Shown here in pieces: positions 22,226 to 36,379 of a DNA stretch of 64,000 bases. Every line of letters starts with the position of its first letter. The first letter of the stretch is position 1. Source of the DNA: Eledone cirrhosa (taxonomy: Eukaryota); NCBI GenBank assembly GCA_964016885.1, contig OZ024741.1, forward strand, positions 147,746,001-147,810,000, given 5' to 3'. The position numbers and the translations under genes were made by a program. Under the pieces are notes generated by a model. That model ran no database searches. It worked only from the letters and a program-made list of their open reading frames with translations, and was not told the DNA's origin.

Positions 22226-24979
22226 TAGAGTGTTCCAGAATCCCACATTTTACATAAAGGTGTTTTTTTCTTAGCTCCCTACGCATTTTCTCATGCCATT
22301 TTGTATATTATCAATTTATAATGTAATTTTGATTATTTCAGACTAATTTAAGCCTTGCCTAATAGTTGTAAATTGGCAGAATAATGGCGGAAACCAGTGT
22401 GTCTAGTTGTATCTACTCGCTCCGGTGTGATGATCTAGAAATATGGCTCCTGGGGCAATATGTTACATCCTTTTCACAAAACAAAATACCAACAACGGGG
22501 TATGTTCTAAGATATTTCTTCTACCTGAAAGATGGTCCTATGAAACACGAAAAGCATGTGAGCTTCAATGGTGCTATTGCGGATAGGCTTGTGATGGAAG
22601 TAGTTAGTCAGTGGGAAAAAGCTGGTGTGGCGACTCAACAAAAAGACAAAGTGAAACTGAAAATTATGAACATGCACAGTGAATACAAAAATTTACAAAA
22701 AAACAAAGGTTCTAAGTCAAGCAAAGAAAAGGAAGCACTATTTATTTCTGAATTGGATTCGTATTTCTACATTGCACATACTGATGCTGAAAAGAAAATT
22801 TTGAAAGATCGTCTTTGTAATAATGAACAGAAAATGGAAGATGGTACATTTCTCGAAGCCCTGCGTTGCCAGAAAAAAGTATCTCTGTGTTGCCAGAAAA
22901 AGGTATCTTCAAAGTTTAAGCGTGATCAGGTTTCTGTGGCTCGTCGAGAGTCAGAGAACCATAGAAAGCCTTTGTCAGGATCTGTAGCAGCACAACTTCC
23001 ACGTAATGAACTGAATGATTTAAGTTCAACCAATGATGAAACTGAAGATGAACAGGATCCTGAATTTCAGGCCTCAAACCCACCCAGAGATAGCTCAAAG
23101 TCAGACAAGAAACGAAATATGCAGCTGGAACTCCCAAAGAATCCATTTCAAAGTCCAAAAGTTTTCTAATGGCTGATTATTTAAACCTGACACTGGCCCA
23201 GAGAACAGCATTTATGGCATCGATTATTTCTGAGGGTGGGACTGACATAGACGCCACAACTCTCTCCAAGAATAGTAGCAGACGTGCAGCTAAGAAGATC
23301 AGAACTGTGGGGGCTGAACACATAAAGGAACAATTTGCTGTACCAGACTTTGTTACTTTGCATTGGAATGGCAAAATAATTCCTGGTGACCACGAGAGGC
23401 TAGGTGTGCTAGTTGCTGTAACTCCAGACTTCAGAGAAGGTAAACTCCTCAGTGTTCCTATAATTCCTGATGGCACTGGAACCACCCAAGCCAAAGCATC
23501 ATTTGATCTTGTTAAAGATTGGAATGTTGATGGGTCTGTGGTGGGCTTGGTCTTCGATACAACTGCTTCGAATTCTGGATGGAAAAATGGTGCCTGCGTG
23601 AAACTAGAAGAGATGCTCAACAAAAAGGTGTTTTATTCTGCTTGTCGGCACCATTAATATTTGGAGCATATCTTGTGTGCAGTGTGGCAATGTCCAGTCC
23701 AGCCACCGCAGAGTTCAAGGAGTTCAAAAAAGATTGGGTGTCACTCACGGACAAGACCAACTTTAAAACATTTAACATTGTCGACCGAAGACTCAAGCGT
23801 CTGTGTTCTGAGAACATCAAGTTCCTCCAAGATTTGCTGACATCCGACAATGGGAAAATGAGTTCTCTTCCACGGACGACTATCGAGAATGTGCCGAGTT
23901 GATGTTGATCTTGCTTGGTGTCACCCCTCGTCGTGGAATACATTGGATGCTGCCTGGTGCATATCATAACGCTCGGTGGATGTCCACAATCATCTATATT
24001 GCAAAGATGTATGCATTTGGTGAGCGACTCAATTACAATCAAGCTAAAATGGAAAAGTTGCGCCGGATCTGTATGTTCAATGCTCTGTTCTACGTGCGAT
24101 ACTGGCTGACAGCAGTCAAGTGTGCTGATGCACCATCCAATGACCTTCAATTCTACATGGAGTTGACACAGTACAGTAAAGTTGACAGAGATCTCTCGCA
24201 GGCAGCCACTACTGCTCTGAGCAGGCATCTTTGGTACCTGACGGAGGAAGCCATTCCGCTAGCGTTGTTTTCAAGTCGGATCCAAGAGTCCGAGAAGACA
24301 AATAGCCCAACGTCTTGTCAAAACGAAAACGTCTGGGTCACTCGACCGTGGTGCTCCAATAATTCCCGAGTTGAAGTCGTCCACGAAGCTGCCTCATCTA
24401 GTTGGGAAGAAATCAAGGCTTCTGTTCGATCTCCTTGGTCTCGACGATACTTGGCTTGAGCTGTCACCCGCAACTTGGTCATCACAAGCGTCATATCAAA
24501 ATGCAAGTGCTGTTGTTCACAATATCAAGGTAGTCAACGATCTGGCGGAAAGAGCAGTCAAGTTGATAATTGATTTTGTTGCTATCACCAAGAATGAGGA
24601 GAAGAAGCAGTGTGTTCTTCAAGTAGTCGAAGCTCATCGTCGTAAGGTCACGGATTTCAAAAAAGAAACTGTGTAAAAAATATGACTGGAGTTAACTTAA
24701 ATGAACTTGTTTCTTCCTTGTACGCCTTTATATTCAAAGCTGGTTTACTAAATATAATGGATTAATAAAATAAACAATTATTGTATGGTCATATTTGGTT
24801 TCACATTTTCATGATTTCATGCAACACAATCACACTTTTCACTATAATCACCATGATATAGGCAAGGCTCAAAATAATTTATTTTATACAAAATGTTTTA
24901 TTTTACCAATTGGGGCATTTATAATGGGAAAATAAACAGGGAGCATTAGTATTGTGACCTTGCTTTTTATGGCACACTA
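22226..24979 (+). mobile_element. hAT-superfamily (hATm-like) DNA transposon with fragmented DDE transposase
   Basis: ORF pieces 22384-24676 with LHW(N)GK, FDTTASNSG, ACRHH, HNARW, HLWYL, VNDLAERAVK; ends TAGAGTGTTCCA / TGGCACACTA; 8-bp flanks atatatat / acatatat. Confidence 0.8.
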
Positions 24980-25119
24980 ACATATATATATATATATACA
25001 TAATTTTTTATTTCCCTTTTTTGTCAACCCGTCCATTTTTGTCTTTATATATATATTTTTTATTTTGTTTTTATTAATTTTCATGTCTGCTTATCTCGCT
25101 ACTGATCTGGTTCGACTTT

Positions 25120-25630
25120 ATGTATGCGTGTGTGGTATGTTCTGTATATGTATTTATGTACGTATGTGGATATATGGTTTCATGTCCATACGTGTGTGTG
25201 CGAATGTGTACCTGTATGCACGTTTGTATGTATGTGTGTGTGTCTGTGTGCACAGGTGTGTAAGCGTGCACGTATGTGCATATATGTATGTGTGTGTATG
25301 CATGCGTGTATATACATATATATGTATGTTTGTATATATATATATGTATATGTGTATTTGTATATATTTGTATATGTATATATGTATATATATATATATA
25401 TATACATATGTGTGTGTGTGTGTGTATATATGTATGTGTATGTATGGAGATGTGTGTATGTATATTCATGCATAATTTTGGGTACGTGTATGTGTGTGTG
25501 TGCGCATGTATGAGCGTAGGAACGCCTGTAAATATGTGTGTTTGTATTTGATTGTAGGCGTACATATATTTATGTGTGAATGTATAAGTTTACGTAAATG
25601 TGTGAGTTTGTGCTTGTATATGTGTTTGTA
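25120..25630. repeat. Degenerate (TG)/(TA) microsatellite region
   Basis: Direct reading. Confidence 0.9.
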
Positions 25631-25750
25631 TATTTACATCAACATTTTTTATTTTTCCCCTTTACTTTATGTCCGTTATTTTATTTCAGCCTCGCTTTCA
25701 TTTATCCTAAACTCAGTTTTGAAATCCATATCTCATTCCATTTAAATAAA

Positions 25751-25812
25751 TTCATTCTGATGATTGAAGGCAGATGTATGTGTCAAGCTTCGTGAAACCT
25801 TTGGTAAATTAA
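25751..25812 (+). ncRNA. Type I hammerhead ribozyme motif (family A, second copy)
   Basis: UUCAUU CUGAUGA uUGAAGGC...GCUUCGu GAAA CC uuu GG UA AAUUAA; downstream 100 bp homologous to 21205-21302 (-). Confidence 0.65.
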
Positions 25813-25910
25813 ATAATTATCTTATGTTGTTTATTACATAACTAAAAAGCTATGTAGCCTACATAGAGCACTCTCTTTTCTTTTATCTTTCCTACGGAAA
25901 TACTTCAACA

Positions 25911-26028
<118 letters not shown>

Positions 26029-26045
26029 ATATATATATATATATA

Positions 26046-26123
<78 letters not shown>

Positions 26124-26163
26124 TTTTGCGAGGTTCTTGATATGAAATCGTGTGTCGAAACAA

Positions 26164-27897
26164 ATATTGTTATACTTGGGGAGGGTCATATTTGTGTAAT
26201 ATTGCCAGAATTAATAACAGAACACACTCTCGTTACGGAGGGCGATATCAATATAGTTATAAGAACATTCCCACTAGAGAGCACTAACAAGTTTGATTTA
26301 GAACGTAGCACAATGGAAAGCATCCAGCAGATAGCTAATTCCATACACCAGAGTATAACTGTAACTATCGACTACCCTTCCAAACACCCTAACAATAGAC
26401 TACCTGTATTAGACACGGAACTCTGGATTAACACTATAGACGAGAGAGCCCAAATTCTCCACTCACACTATGCTAAACCCATGGCCTCCAAATACCTTAT
26501 ACTCAAAAACTCAGTAATGTCCAGTAGTGCTAAGTTTAATATTCTGATCGCAGATTTGGTACGAGTGATGAAGAATGTGTCCAGCATGTGCGACCCAACA
26601 GAAATGGAAAGACACATCCAACACTTCATCAACCGCATGCAGTTCTCTGGCTACAACCAAAGAGACAGAGTCAGAGTATACGAAGGAGCCATGGAGAAGT
26701 ATAAGACCCTCATAGAACTGGACATGAAAGGTATTTGCCCATTATACAGGAGCAAATCATGGAATAGCTTAGATAGGGCTAGACATAAGATAGGGAAAGC
26801 CACCTCATGGTACGACAACCAGAGATACCAGAGTGTCATGTTTGTGGATGCTACCCCTGGAGGGAAATTAGCTAACCAGTGTAGAAAGGCCCTGAGAAAG
26901 ACCCACTTAAAGATTAAGGTGGTAGAAAAGCCAGGAACCACCATAAAATCCCTGATCAGCAAAACCTACCCTTTTAAGAAAACCCACTGTACTAATAGGA
27001 AATGTATCATATGTAAGGTAAATCGCCGGATAAACTGTAAAACTAGAAACGTAGTCTATAGCATAAGATGTACAGAGGGTACTTGCAGAAACATGACAAC
27101 AACATACATAGGCGAGACAGCTCGTAGCATAGGTGAAAGAATAGACCAACACTGGCGGGAACTAAAAGGACGAAAAAACGGTTCAGTACTATACGAACAT
27201 GTCAGACAACAACACGACAGTAACATAGACAACATAGAAATTAGAATAATATCTAAACATAGAAATGACCCAGCAGATAGGCAAATCAGAGAGGCCAATG
27301 AAATAGAACTTAGAAGGCCAAGACTAAACAGAAAGAATGAATGGAATAACAACACCACCCAAACAAACAACACTGACCTAAGAGAAGTATAAATAAATAA
27401 ATAGATAAATAAATAAATAAATACATACACAAGCACAATAACAACAAACACATATAAACACACACTGGTAAAGATAGAATACATTAACCAATACACAGTC
27501 ACCCAATCACGAACACACATCAAACAAAACACTATACACACATGCAAACGCATGCGCAAAGAAGACAAAATAAAATAAACAAATAAATAAATATATAAAC
27601 AGACTAAATAAAGATGGCGTAGAAAATACAATGCAACGGGAGGAAACAATAGCACCACTGGCGATGTTGCAGATGTGCAACGAAAGAACTTTGATAAACT
27701 ATATATATGTGTTTGTGTCTATATTGTATCTGTATTATTTTTTACCGTTGGTCAGTCAATGGAAACATTGAGGACCGAATAAATTAGATTACCGATATAA
27801 AAGACACAGAAGCGAAAACCAACCAAACAGTGAGTGTGTTCTGTTATTAATTCTGGCAATATTACACAAATATGACCCTCCCCAAGTATAACAATAT
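26164..27897 (+). mobile_element. Penelope-like element 1, 5'-truncated (RT C-terminal half + GIY-YIG) with inverted terminal copy
   Basis: [18 protein letters not shown], Cys-rich linker, VVYSIRC...[11 protein letters not shown]; 66-bp inverted repeat 26164-26229 / 27832-27897; (TA)n nearby on both sides. Confidence 0.9.
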
Positions 27898-27906
27898 ATA
27901 TATATA

Positions 27907-28284
27907 TACATATAAAAATTAGAAAACTCATTGCTAGAACACCCGTTAAAACAATTAAATTGAGCGAAAATATTTTGCTGGTTTGCGAGCTAATGAAGGT
28001 GAAGTAAACTTGTCTTGTATGTGTGTAAACTTGTCTTGTACATCGCCTTTCTTTATTTTCTCTTCCAGTCACTTCTGTGCACCAACACACTTCTCCTTGA
28101 CCCCCTCCTCTTCAATCTTTTCTATATTTCAACTGCCTGTCATCCCAGCTTGTGGATTATCTCTCTGTTGACCGCTGGTCGCTGGTCTCTGTCTTCTGAA
28201 GCATTTTTACCCATTGTTATCTTTGACAGCATTTAGCTGTTTTAACGGCTGTTCTAGCGATGTGTTTTCTCATTTTTATATGTA
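27907..28284. repeat. MITE-like / fold-back element with ~54-bp imperfect TIRs
   Basis: tacatataaaaattagaaaactcattgctagaacacccgttaaaaca / tgttttaacggctgttctagcgatgtgttttctcatttttatatgta. Confidence 0.75.
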
Positions 28285-28304
28285 TTCAAATACACTGTCA
28301 TAAA

Positions 28305-29221
28305 ACAATGAAATAAAATATCAAGTCATTAGAGATATACTTCACTGCTTTACGATCGTTTCTAGATGATGATAATACATTGCATCTATACTCAGTTATT
28401 GATCTATGTAAGTTTACAAACTATCATATAAAGAGAATATTTACTTACATGTATATCACCAGCTGTTTTCAAAAGCAATAATAATTTTATTCAATAATAA
28501 TTTTATTCAGAATTAGTAGTATGTTAGTATCATCTCCTTATTTGGAGTTAGTTGAAGAACTAACGAATCAAATTGTTTTTTTCATATGGTGTTAAGATGA
28601 AAAGTAATACACTTTAGTTGAGGTCATGACCCTTTGAAAGGAATGGTTGATGGGCGTTAATAGTAGAATTGGCATAAAAATCTATTAGGAGGAAGGGGAT
28701 TGTCAAACTGATAGTTGAATGTATCTGGTATAGTGAATTTAAAAGGAATGTCAAAATAAATGGTGATTAGTGTTGTATTGAGTTTTAAGGTGAATATAAA
28801 TTAAGGTTATGGCTAGGAAAGATAGTATATTAAAAGATGAAAATTATAATAAGATAATGAAATAGAGTAATGCGATAATATACAACTTAACCAACACAAT
28901 ATAGTACGGTGTGGTAAATTGCACTTAGTATAATATAGCATATTATACGCTCTAAAATACTATCAAGTATGCTTATGCATAAATAATCAAACTCAGATAA
29001 ATACATGTTGGCATAGTTAAAACACAAATTTCATAGTTTACAAAGTGCATATATCCACACTATATATAGAGAGAGGTACAGTTATATTGATATCCAACCA
29101 AAAATATACATACGTACAAATAGATGCAAACCTAAATACACATTTACACGTATGCATATAATCATATACATACATATCCATACATATCTATATCCACACA
29201 TACACATCTATACCCACATAT

Positions 29222-29292
<71 letters not shown>

Positions 29293-29354
29293 CATACATA
29301 CATACATATATACATATACATACATATACACACAGACACATTTAGGCATAGATA

Positions 29355-29440
<86 letters not shown>

Positions 29441-32400
29441 TTTAAATGTTTTTCGTATACGGTGATTACAAACAATGATTAATTCCTGTCTTTTATTTAA
29501 TAAATCGTCCTTAGATTTAGTAATTTCCAAGATCTCTCCTGAACATAATCTGCAATCCCTCCCAAGATATGGAGTATTTTGTAGAATCGTGTTCCACGAT
29601 AACTTGAAATCTATTTTTTTCTTTTTATAATTATTTACCGCTTAGTTTAGTATTGTTGAAACTACAAGAGTGTGCGTAAAATCTTTTCTTAAATGTGTTT
29701 GATGTAGATCCTATATGTTTTGTTGGAGTCTGTAGAAGTCACACTGCATTTATATATTACATTGTTAATCAAACAGTTTCCATTTAAGGGGCAAATGCTT
29801 CTATTTCTACAATTACAGCCATACGTAAGATGGTTTGGGGGGGTGCCTATACTATTCTCATTTATCCTTGAGCTATTCCTATTGTAATTAATTGTTTCTA
29901 CTTTTTGGCACAAGGCCAGAAATTACCCAGTGCATTACTGGTAATCCTATTGTAATTAATGATAGCAGGAGAATGAAGGTTGCTTTGTGGGTGGTTTGGT
30001 GCTAGAGTTGTATTGTGATTTTGTGTTCTGTTGTTTTTGTGTTGGTAATTTGGGTGGTTGTGTTTTCTAGGTTGAAGGATTGTATTATTTGCCTTTTTAA
30101 AAGGTGCAGTCCTATTTAAATTATGTTGCGGTGGTGTAGTCATATTATTTTAAAGTTTATAAATGTTGTAGTTGTTTATTTTTTGTTTGAGATTGCTTGA
30201 TGTAGAGTATGAGAATTTAACAGTATATTTGTTAAATATTTGGTGGTATCTGTGGTTTGGTGGAAAATGTTTATGTAGTATTTCAAAGAATATTTTGGGG
30301 ATTTGTCCAATAGTTTGCAGGTTGAAGGGTGCGTTGTACCATGTTATGTTTCTTTAGCGAGGTTTTAGTTAAATTTATATTATCACTTATATTATTGTGT
30401 TGTGTTCTAGAAGAATTCCTATGGTTAGTGTCCTTATTTGTGGAATTTGGTAAATTATCGTGGTTGTATTTGGTGTTATGTTTGGGTAGATTATGAGATT
30501 TTGAGTGCTTGGTATTCATATGTGGGTTGATAACATTGGTCATAGATCGTGTAGTAATAGTTGTTGTGGTTTTTTGGTTGTTTGGTGTAATAGGATTAAC
30601 CACTTTAGGTATTTGTTTCAATGGTATTTTTTGGTGTTTGTAGATTTTGTTAGGTTTTATGTTTTGGTGCATAGTAGTGTTGGGGATATATGAGATTTTT
30701 TCTTTATATCCACTTCTAGTTAAGGCCTCGTTGTAGAAGGATTATTATTATAAAATATATCTTCATTGGAAGATAATTTAGAAAGTTTAAGAGATATGTT
30801 ATATACTAAGTTCTTGTGTATAGAGCCAGGGTGGTTAGATCGTGAATGTACATAATGTAGATTCTGGTTAGGTTTGTGGTAGGGTTGATAAGTATTCGTA
30901 GAAAGGTCTAAGGTAACGTCAAGGAAATTAGCTACTTTTGAAATGTTTTCAAAAGTGATGCTAAGGCTGTAATAGTCCTTGAGGAATTTTCTAATTTGTT
31001 TTTTGTTCTTCTCTATATTGGAATTGCTAAGATTGTTAGATAACAATAGACAATCATCCCGATAAAGACCACCTTTGAGGTGGGGGAAAGAGTCATGAAT
31101 GTTATAGAGGAGAAATAGTCCAACGAGGTCTGTAACTTGAGCAGAGTCCATGGATCCCATCGTAATATCGAATAAGTTGTTATACGTGTTTCTTGTCCAG
31201 TATTCATCTTGGAAGTTTAGTAAGGTTTTTCTAGCGTGAGTTATGAAGTTGATTTCCTCAGTAGATAAATCCGATCTATTTCTGGCAAAGATCAGTGCTT
31301 TGTTTAAAAGAATTGGAGAAATAGAAGAATAGTAAGAATTGATGTCGAATTGAATGAATGAAGCTGAGTTTTTATTCTCAATGCTAGTAAACCATTCGAT
31401 AACTTGGGAAGTGTTATCCCATAGTGGATGCGTTACAAATTTTCTAATTTGCGGAATGATACGATCAATAATCTTTTTGCTGATATTATCGATATCAGAT
31501 TTTGATGGGTATATCAGTCTAATAGATGGGATCGAGTTAAAGTCAGATTTATGGTCTTTCAGGTTGAAGTGTGGGCTTTTAGGCGTGAAAGGCTCAGTCC
31601 TCTCTTCAATCTGGAGCTTTTTTACTATATCACATGATATGTTGTTCAAGGATGTTAGTGCGGTGGTATTTGCTTTCTTATAGTTTTTTCTAAGTTCTTT
31701 ATTTATGAACTGGTTATATTTATCGATATCCATATGGTACAAGTTACCAGTTTTGTCAGAATGGACATGGATCTTTTTTTGAATTTTTCAGTTGTAGAAG
31801 GGTAGAGTCCAATTCCTTTTGGAATTCTGATTTGTGTTTTCTGAACTTTATGTTTTTAATCATGTTCAGTAGGGCGCTCTCAAAATTTTCCAGTTGAATA
31901 TTATGAGGAGGATTTGTGTATGTTTTGAATACTTCATTTCATTTGTATTAGTTTTGTTGTCAAAATGGTAGGCCCTCCATCTCATTCTCCTAATAAAGTG
32001 GTTAGTGTTTTGTATGAGTAAGAGTAGATATTCATCTTTAGGTGGAATTGGAATATTCTTCAACGAAGTACCCAAATATTGTTTTTCCATTGTGATACAG
32101 GAATTAGATTTTAAAAAAAGAGCTCAACTAAATATTATAATCAATTATGAAAAATATATTGAGGGAGTAAAATGCACAGAGGTATCCACTGTAAGTTTTG
32201 GGGTCTATTCTGCATGAAGAACTCGATGTAATCCATATGTTAAAAATGTTGTAGGTTAAGATAAATCTCGGAAAACAATAAAACATTAAAAGGAAAACAG
32301 TCATGATATAAGTTAAAAAATGAAATAAAAATTCAAGTCACTAGAGATATACTTCACTGCTTTACGATCGTTTCTAGATGATGATAATACATTGTATCTA

Positions 32401-33318
32401 TACTCAGTTATTGATCTATGTAAGTTTACAAACTATCAGATGAAGAGAATATTTACTTACATGCATATCACCAGCTGTTTTCAAAAGCAATAATAATTTT
32501 ATAGTATTTTATAATAATTTTATAGTATTTTAGAGCGTATAATATGCTATATTATACTAAGTGCAATTTACCACACCGTACTATATTGTGTTGGTTAAGT
32601 TGTATATTATCGCATTACTCTATTTCATTATCTTATTATAATTTTCATCTTTTAATATACTATCTTTCCTAGCCATAACCTTAATTTATATTCACCTTAA
32701 AACTCAATACAACACTAATCACCATTTATTTTGACATTCCTTTTAAATTCACTATACCAGATACATTCAACTATCAGTTTGATAATCCCCTTCCTCCCAA
32801 TAGATTTTTATGCCAATTCTACTATTAACACCATTCAACCATTCCTTTCAAAGGGTCATGACCTCAACTAAAGTGTATTACTTTTCATCTTAACACCATA
32901 TGAAAAAAACAATTTGATTCGTTAGTTCTTCAACTAACTCCAAATAAGGACATGATACTAACATACTACTAATTCTGAATAAAATTATTATTGAATAAAA
33001 TTATTATTGCTTTTGAAAACAGCTGGTGATATGCATGTAAGTAAATATTCTTTTTATCTGATAGTTTGTAAACTTACATAGACCAATAACGGAGTATAGC
33101 TACAATGTATTATCATCATCTAGAAACGATCGTAAAGCAGTGAAGTATATCTCTAATGACTTGATATTTTATTTCATTGTTTTAACTTATATCATGACTC
33201 TGTTTTCCTTTTAATGTTTTATTGTTTTCCGAGGTTTATCTTAACCTACAACATTTTCAACATATGGATTACATTGAGTTCTTCATGCAATATAAACCCC
33301 ACAACTTACTGTGGATAC

Positions 33319-33325
<7 letters not shown>
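28305..33325 (-). mobile_element. Penelope-like element 3, near full length, with direct and inverted pseudo-LTRs
   Basis: SLKNIPIP N-terminus (32090); RT 30720-31742 (QFDINSYY, TMGS.DSA, YRDD, FLDVTLD); CNCR..CPLNGNC..NVIY GIY-YIG at ~29500-29900; 28311-28490 = 32321-32500 direct; 28311-28964 inverted at 32521-33180; 32175-32500 inverted at 33000-33325. Confidence 0.9.
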
Positions 33326-33386
<61 letters not shown>

Positions 33387-34559
33387 TCATCATCATCATC
33401 ACCATTTTACGTCCATTCTTCCACACTAGCATGGGTTAGATGGGTTGTCCTGTTGCGGACAATGCCAGGTCAGGTGACCCTGCCTTGCTCATACAGAACT
33501 GATTCTGGCTTGATTTCTACAGTTGGATCCCCTTCCTAACACCAACCTAATTTACTGTGAGTACTGGGTGCGTTTTTACTGTGGCGCCTACACGACCACT
33601 TTACAGTGTGCGCTGGGTGCTTTTTTGTCATGACACCTACACGACCACTTTACAGAGAGTATCGAAAAGGTTATATTTCAATAGACTATTTTATTTTAAC
33701 AAATGACCATATAATAATGCAGTAAATTCTGTAGCGGAGTTGTTTCATGGCGCGTAACAATAACCCAATTATGCATGATTTGGTTACTTTAGACCAATCG
33801 TAAGTCACGCATGAATATTAACTATTTCCGCCCAAACAAAGATTTTCACGCTTCCTTTGTTTCCCTTTACTATTTGTTGTTTTGACTTCAGGAAGCTAAC
33901 ATCCATTTTTCCTTGCCGTGTCCACACTAACCAAAATGTAACAGTATATTAGAACTTCGGCCCTGTCAGTGAGGGACCAACCGCTTTCTTTGCATATAAC
34001 ACTTAATTGTGTTTGTTCACTTTATTTGGCATGCCAGCATAACTTTTGTAATCCTGTTTCGGTTGTAAATAAATCATGTAAAATATTATAAAGTCTTATA
34101 TTTCTGCCATCAATGAATCTTGCCGCAACTCTAAAAATACAATGTCGGATGTGATATGGGAAAATCCTTTACCCAAGGTTCTATCATTTTCCACAATAAC
34201 AAATGAGTATAACACTTGACTTAGCTAACTCATTTGCCATAGTCAGCTCACTTGCTCATAACTGTGTTACAGATTCTCTTCTTTCGTGGCGACAACCTTA
34301 CAACCGAATAACAACTTCTACTTCAACAGCTACTTCTATGTTACATTGATTTCTGGCTAACATTGCCACATATAACAAAACGTTACATTTCTTGCTACTA
34401 CAACTTAATAACATATTCCATTTATGTTAACACTGCATACAATAATTCCACTAAACTTCTACAATAAATGTCTGAATATAAAGTTTTATTCTTTTTTTAT
34501 AACTTTTAAAAAATATTATAAAGTGGAGGAAAGGAAGCAGGGGAGAGAGAGGGGCGAAC

Positions 34560-35035
34560 ACTTACGAAGACCAAGACCCCCAAATTGCTTGGGCAACGCA
34601 GCCTGATCGTGGGACTCCGGAGAGAGTCTAACATTGCCCAGACACTCGAGTCTCTCGAAGATTAGGTCGTCGAAGCGTTGGAGGCAGGACAGAAATCTGT
34701 GAGAGGGGCTGACCCTGAGCAGATACAGAAGCTGAGGAATAGACAGGTAGTTCCTGAGTATGAAGAAACCTTAATGGGGTTCCATAACTTCAATATTCCT
34801 CAGCAGCTGCTCAAGGTCAACCATATTCGATTGGAAGGTTGACTCGAAGGCCAGGTCTGTGATTGGGGCTCCTAAGGAGCACCAAGCCGACGGGGGAGGG
34901 ACCGTGATGGAACGGAAGGACTCTGAGAACAGGTCGATCAGCTGTTGGTGTTGAGAAGCCGTGTGGTTGAGGATCCAGAGCTCACATTTGGAGCTATTGA
35001 GACAATGCTGCGAGTGTGGTGCCTTACCTCAAAAA
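34560..35035 (-). mobile_element. CRE-clade-like retrotransposon fragment
   Basis: Minus frame reads SLGAPI...FFILRNYLSIPQLLYLLRVSP...DQAALPKQFGGLGLR. Confidence 0.7.
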
Positions 35036-35195
35036 TCATTAGAGAGGTTGCCCAGTACTCGCGACGTTGCTGTCGCGACGTTCCTTTACATTTTTTTAAT
35101 ATTGTCACATTAAAAGAATATATTTTCATTGTATCATCCTTATAAAGTTATTTACATATTGAGCATTTGTAAAAATCGGAATAAAATTGGCTGAT

Positions 35196-35265
<70 letters not shown>

Positions 35266-35502
35266 ATGTGCTACCAGCAGTATTTTTCTCCCCATTTTAT
35301 TACATATATTTACCCAAACTGCGATTCTGTTTTTCTCTCTCTCTCTCTCTTACTGCTCCCCCATTCTCTCTGTTTCTCCTACTTTCTTTCGCCCCCTCTG
35401 TCATGTCAGTTAACTCTTCCTCACACTTCCACTCACTCACTGTTTCTCCTCTCCTCACTTCACCCCGTTCGCGAAGAAAGCAATTTCTCTCTTTTCTCAC
35501 AT

Positions 35503-35544
<42 letters not shown>

Positions 35545-35599
35545 CCAACGAAATGCATGTTCCTGTTATGTTTTCATTGTAGAGCTGGACTTAATGATA

Positions 35600-36250
35600 A
35601 TATATAGATATGGAGGCATCCCATTTTGGCCGCTTGTATTCGCGATCATATTCTTTCGGTCATTAGCTAAGATTTATGACCATAGCTAAGGGTTGACATG
35701 AATACCAAATTGAAGATAACGAGTTTAGCTTTTACATCTACCTCCCTTCTTCTGGTTACTGATTGACAAAGTTGGCGTATTACTGCACCAGCTCATGCAA
35801 TTCTTGCACTTAACTCAGTCTCCTGCCTTCCATCACTCATGAATATGGCTCTGAGATACTTGAACTTCTCCATCTGCTTCAATGGAACTTCATTCACATG
35901 CAGAGTGCACTCTGCAGGCTTCTTTGAGAAGACGAGTGTCTCAGATTTTGCAGCACTAATTTTCTTTCCAGTCATGAAGCACTCAGTTTCAAACCTATCA
36001 AGTGCAAGTCAGAGATCACCTTCTGTTGAGTAACACCTTGTTGTCTGCAAATTCTAGCCGACTGATTTTACACCTGCCACTTCCAACCCGGCTGCACATG
36101 TCAATCCAATAAACAGGAGAAGAGACAGCATGCACCCTTGGCAGAGTCTGATCTCACATTGAATGGTTTCAATTTAGCACCATTTATCTGAACACCAATA
36201 CTCGAGCATTCATATAGAGGCATCAGGACAGAAAGAAGCTTGATATATAA
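35600..36250 (-). mobile_element. RTE-clade (Expander/Rex3-like) LINE fragment
   Basis: KISAAKSETLV...LKQMEKFKYL..FMSDGRQETEL.ARIA; homologous piece at 59335-59625 (+). Confidence 0.75.
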
Positions 36251-36379
36251 ACATTTTTTTGTGTAAACAGCAATAACACTAACCATGTTAGGGATGCGCA
36301 CGGTAGTGGGGTGGCTGGTGAGGCCATGTGCGAGAACCCCTGCCCGTGATCAAGCAATCGCACAAAAGGAAAAAGAACA

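Noticed and set aside
26985-27090. Possible selenocysteine (in-frame TGA) in the PLE Cys-rich linker
   Set aside because: All Cys positions are TGT/TGC and the frame is open
28345-28400. Hammerhead-like motif in PLE 3 pseudo-LTRs (minus strand CUGAGUA UAGAUG...CAUCUA GAAA CGAUCG UA)
   Set aside because: Core G8 is U and stem I cannot pair in any of the three copies; at best a degenerate or atypical remnant
33700-34420. Unique-looking segment that might be an exon or transposase relic
   Set aside because: The frames I translated contain stops and no motif I can recognise
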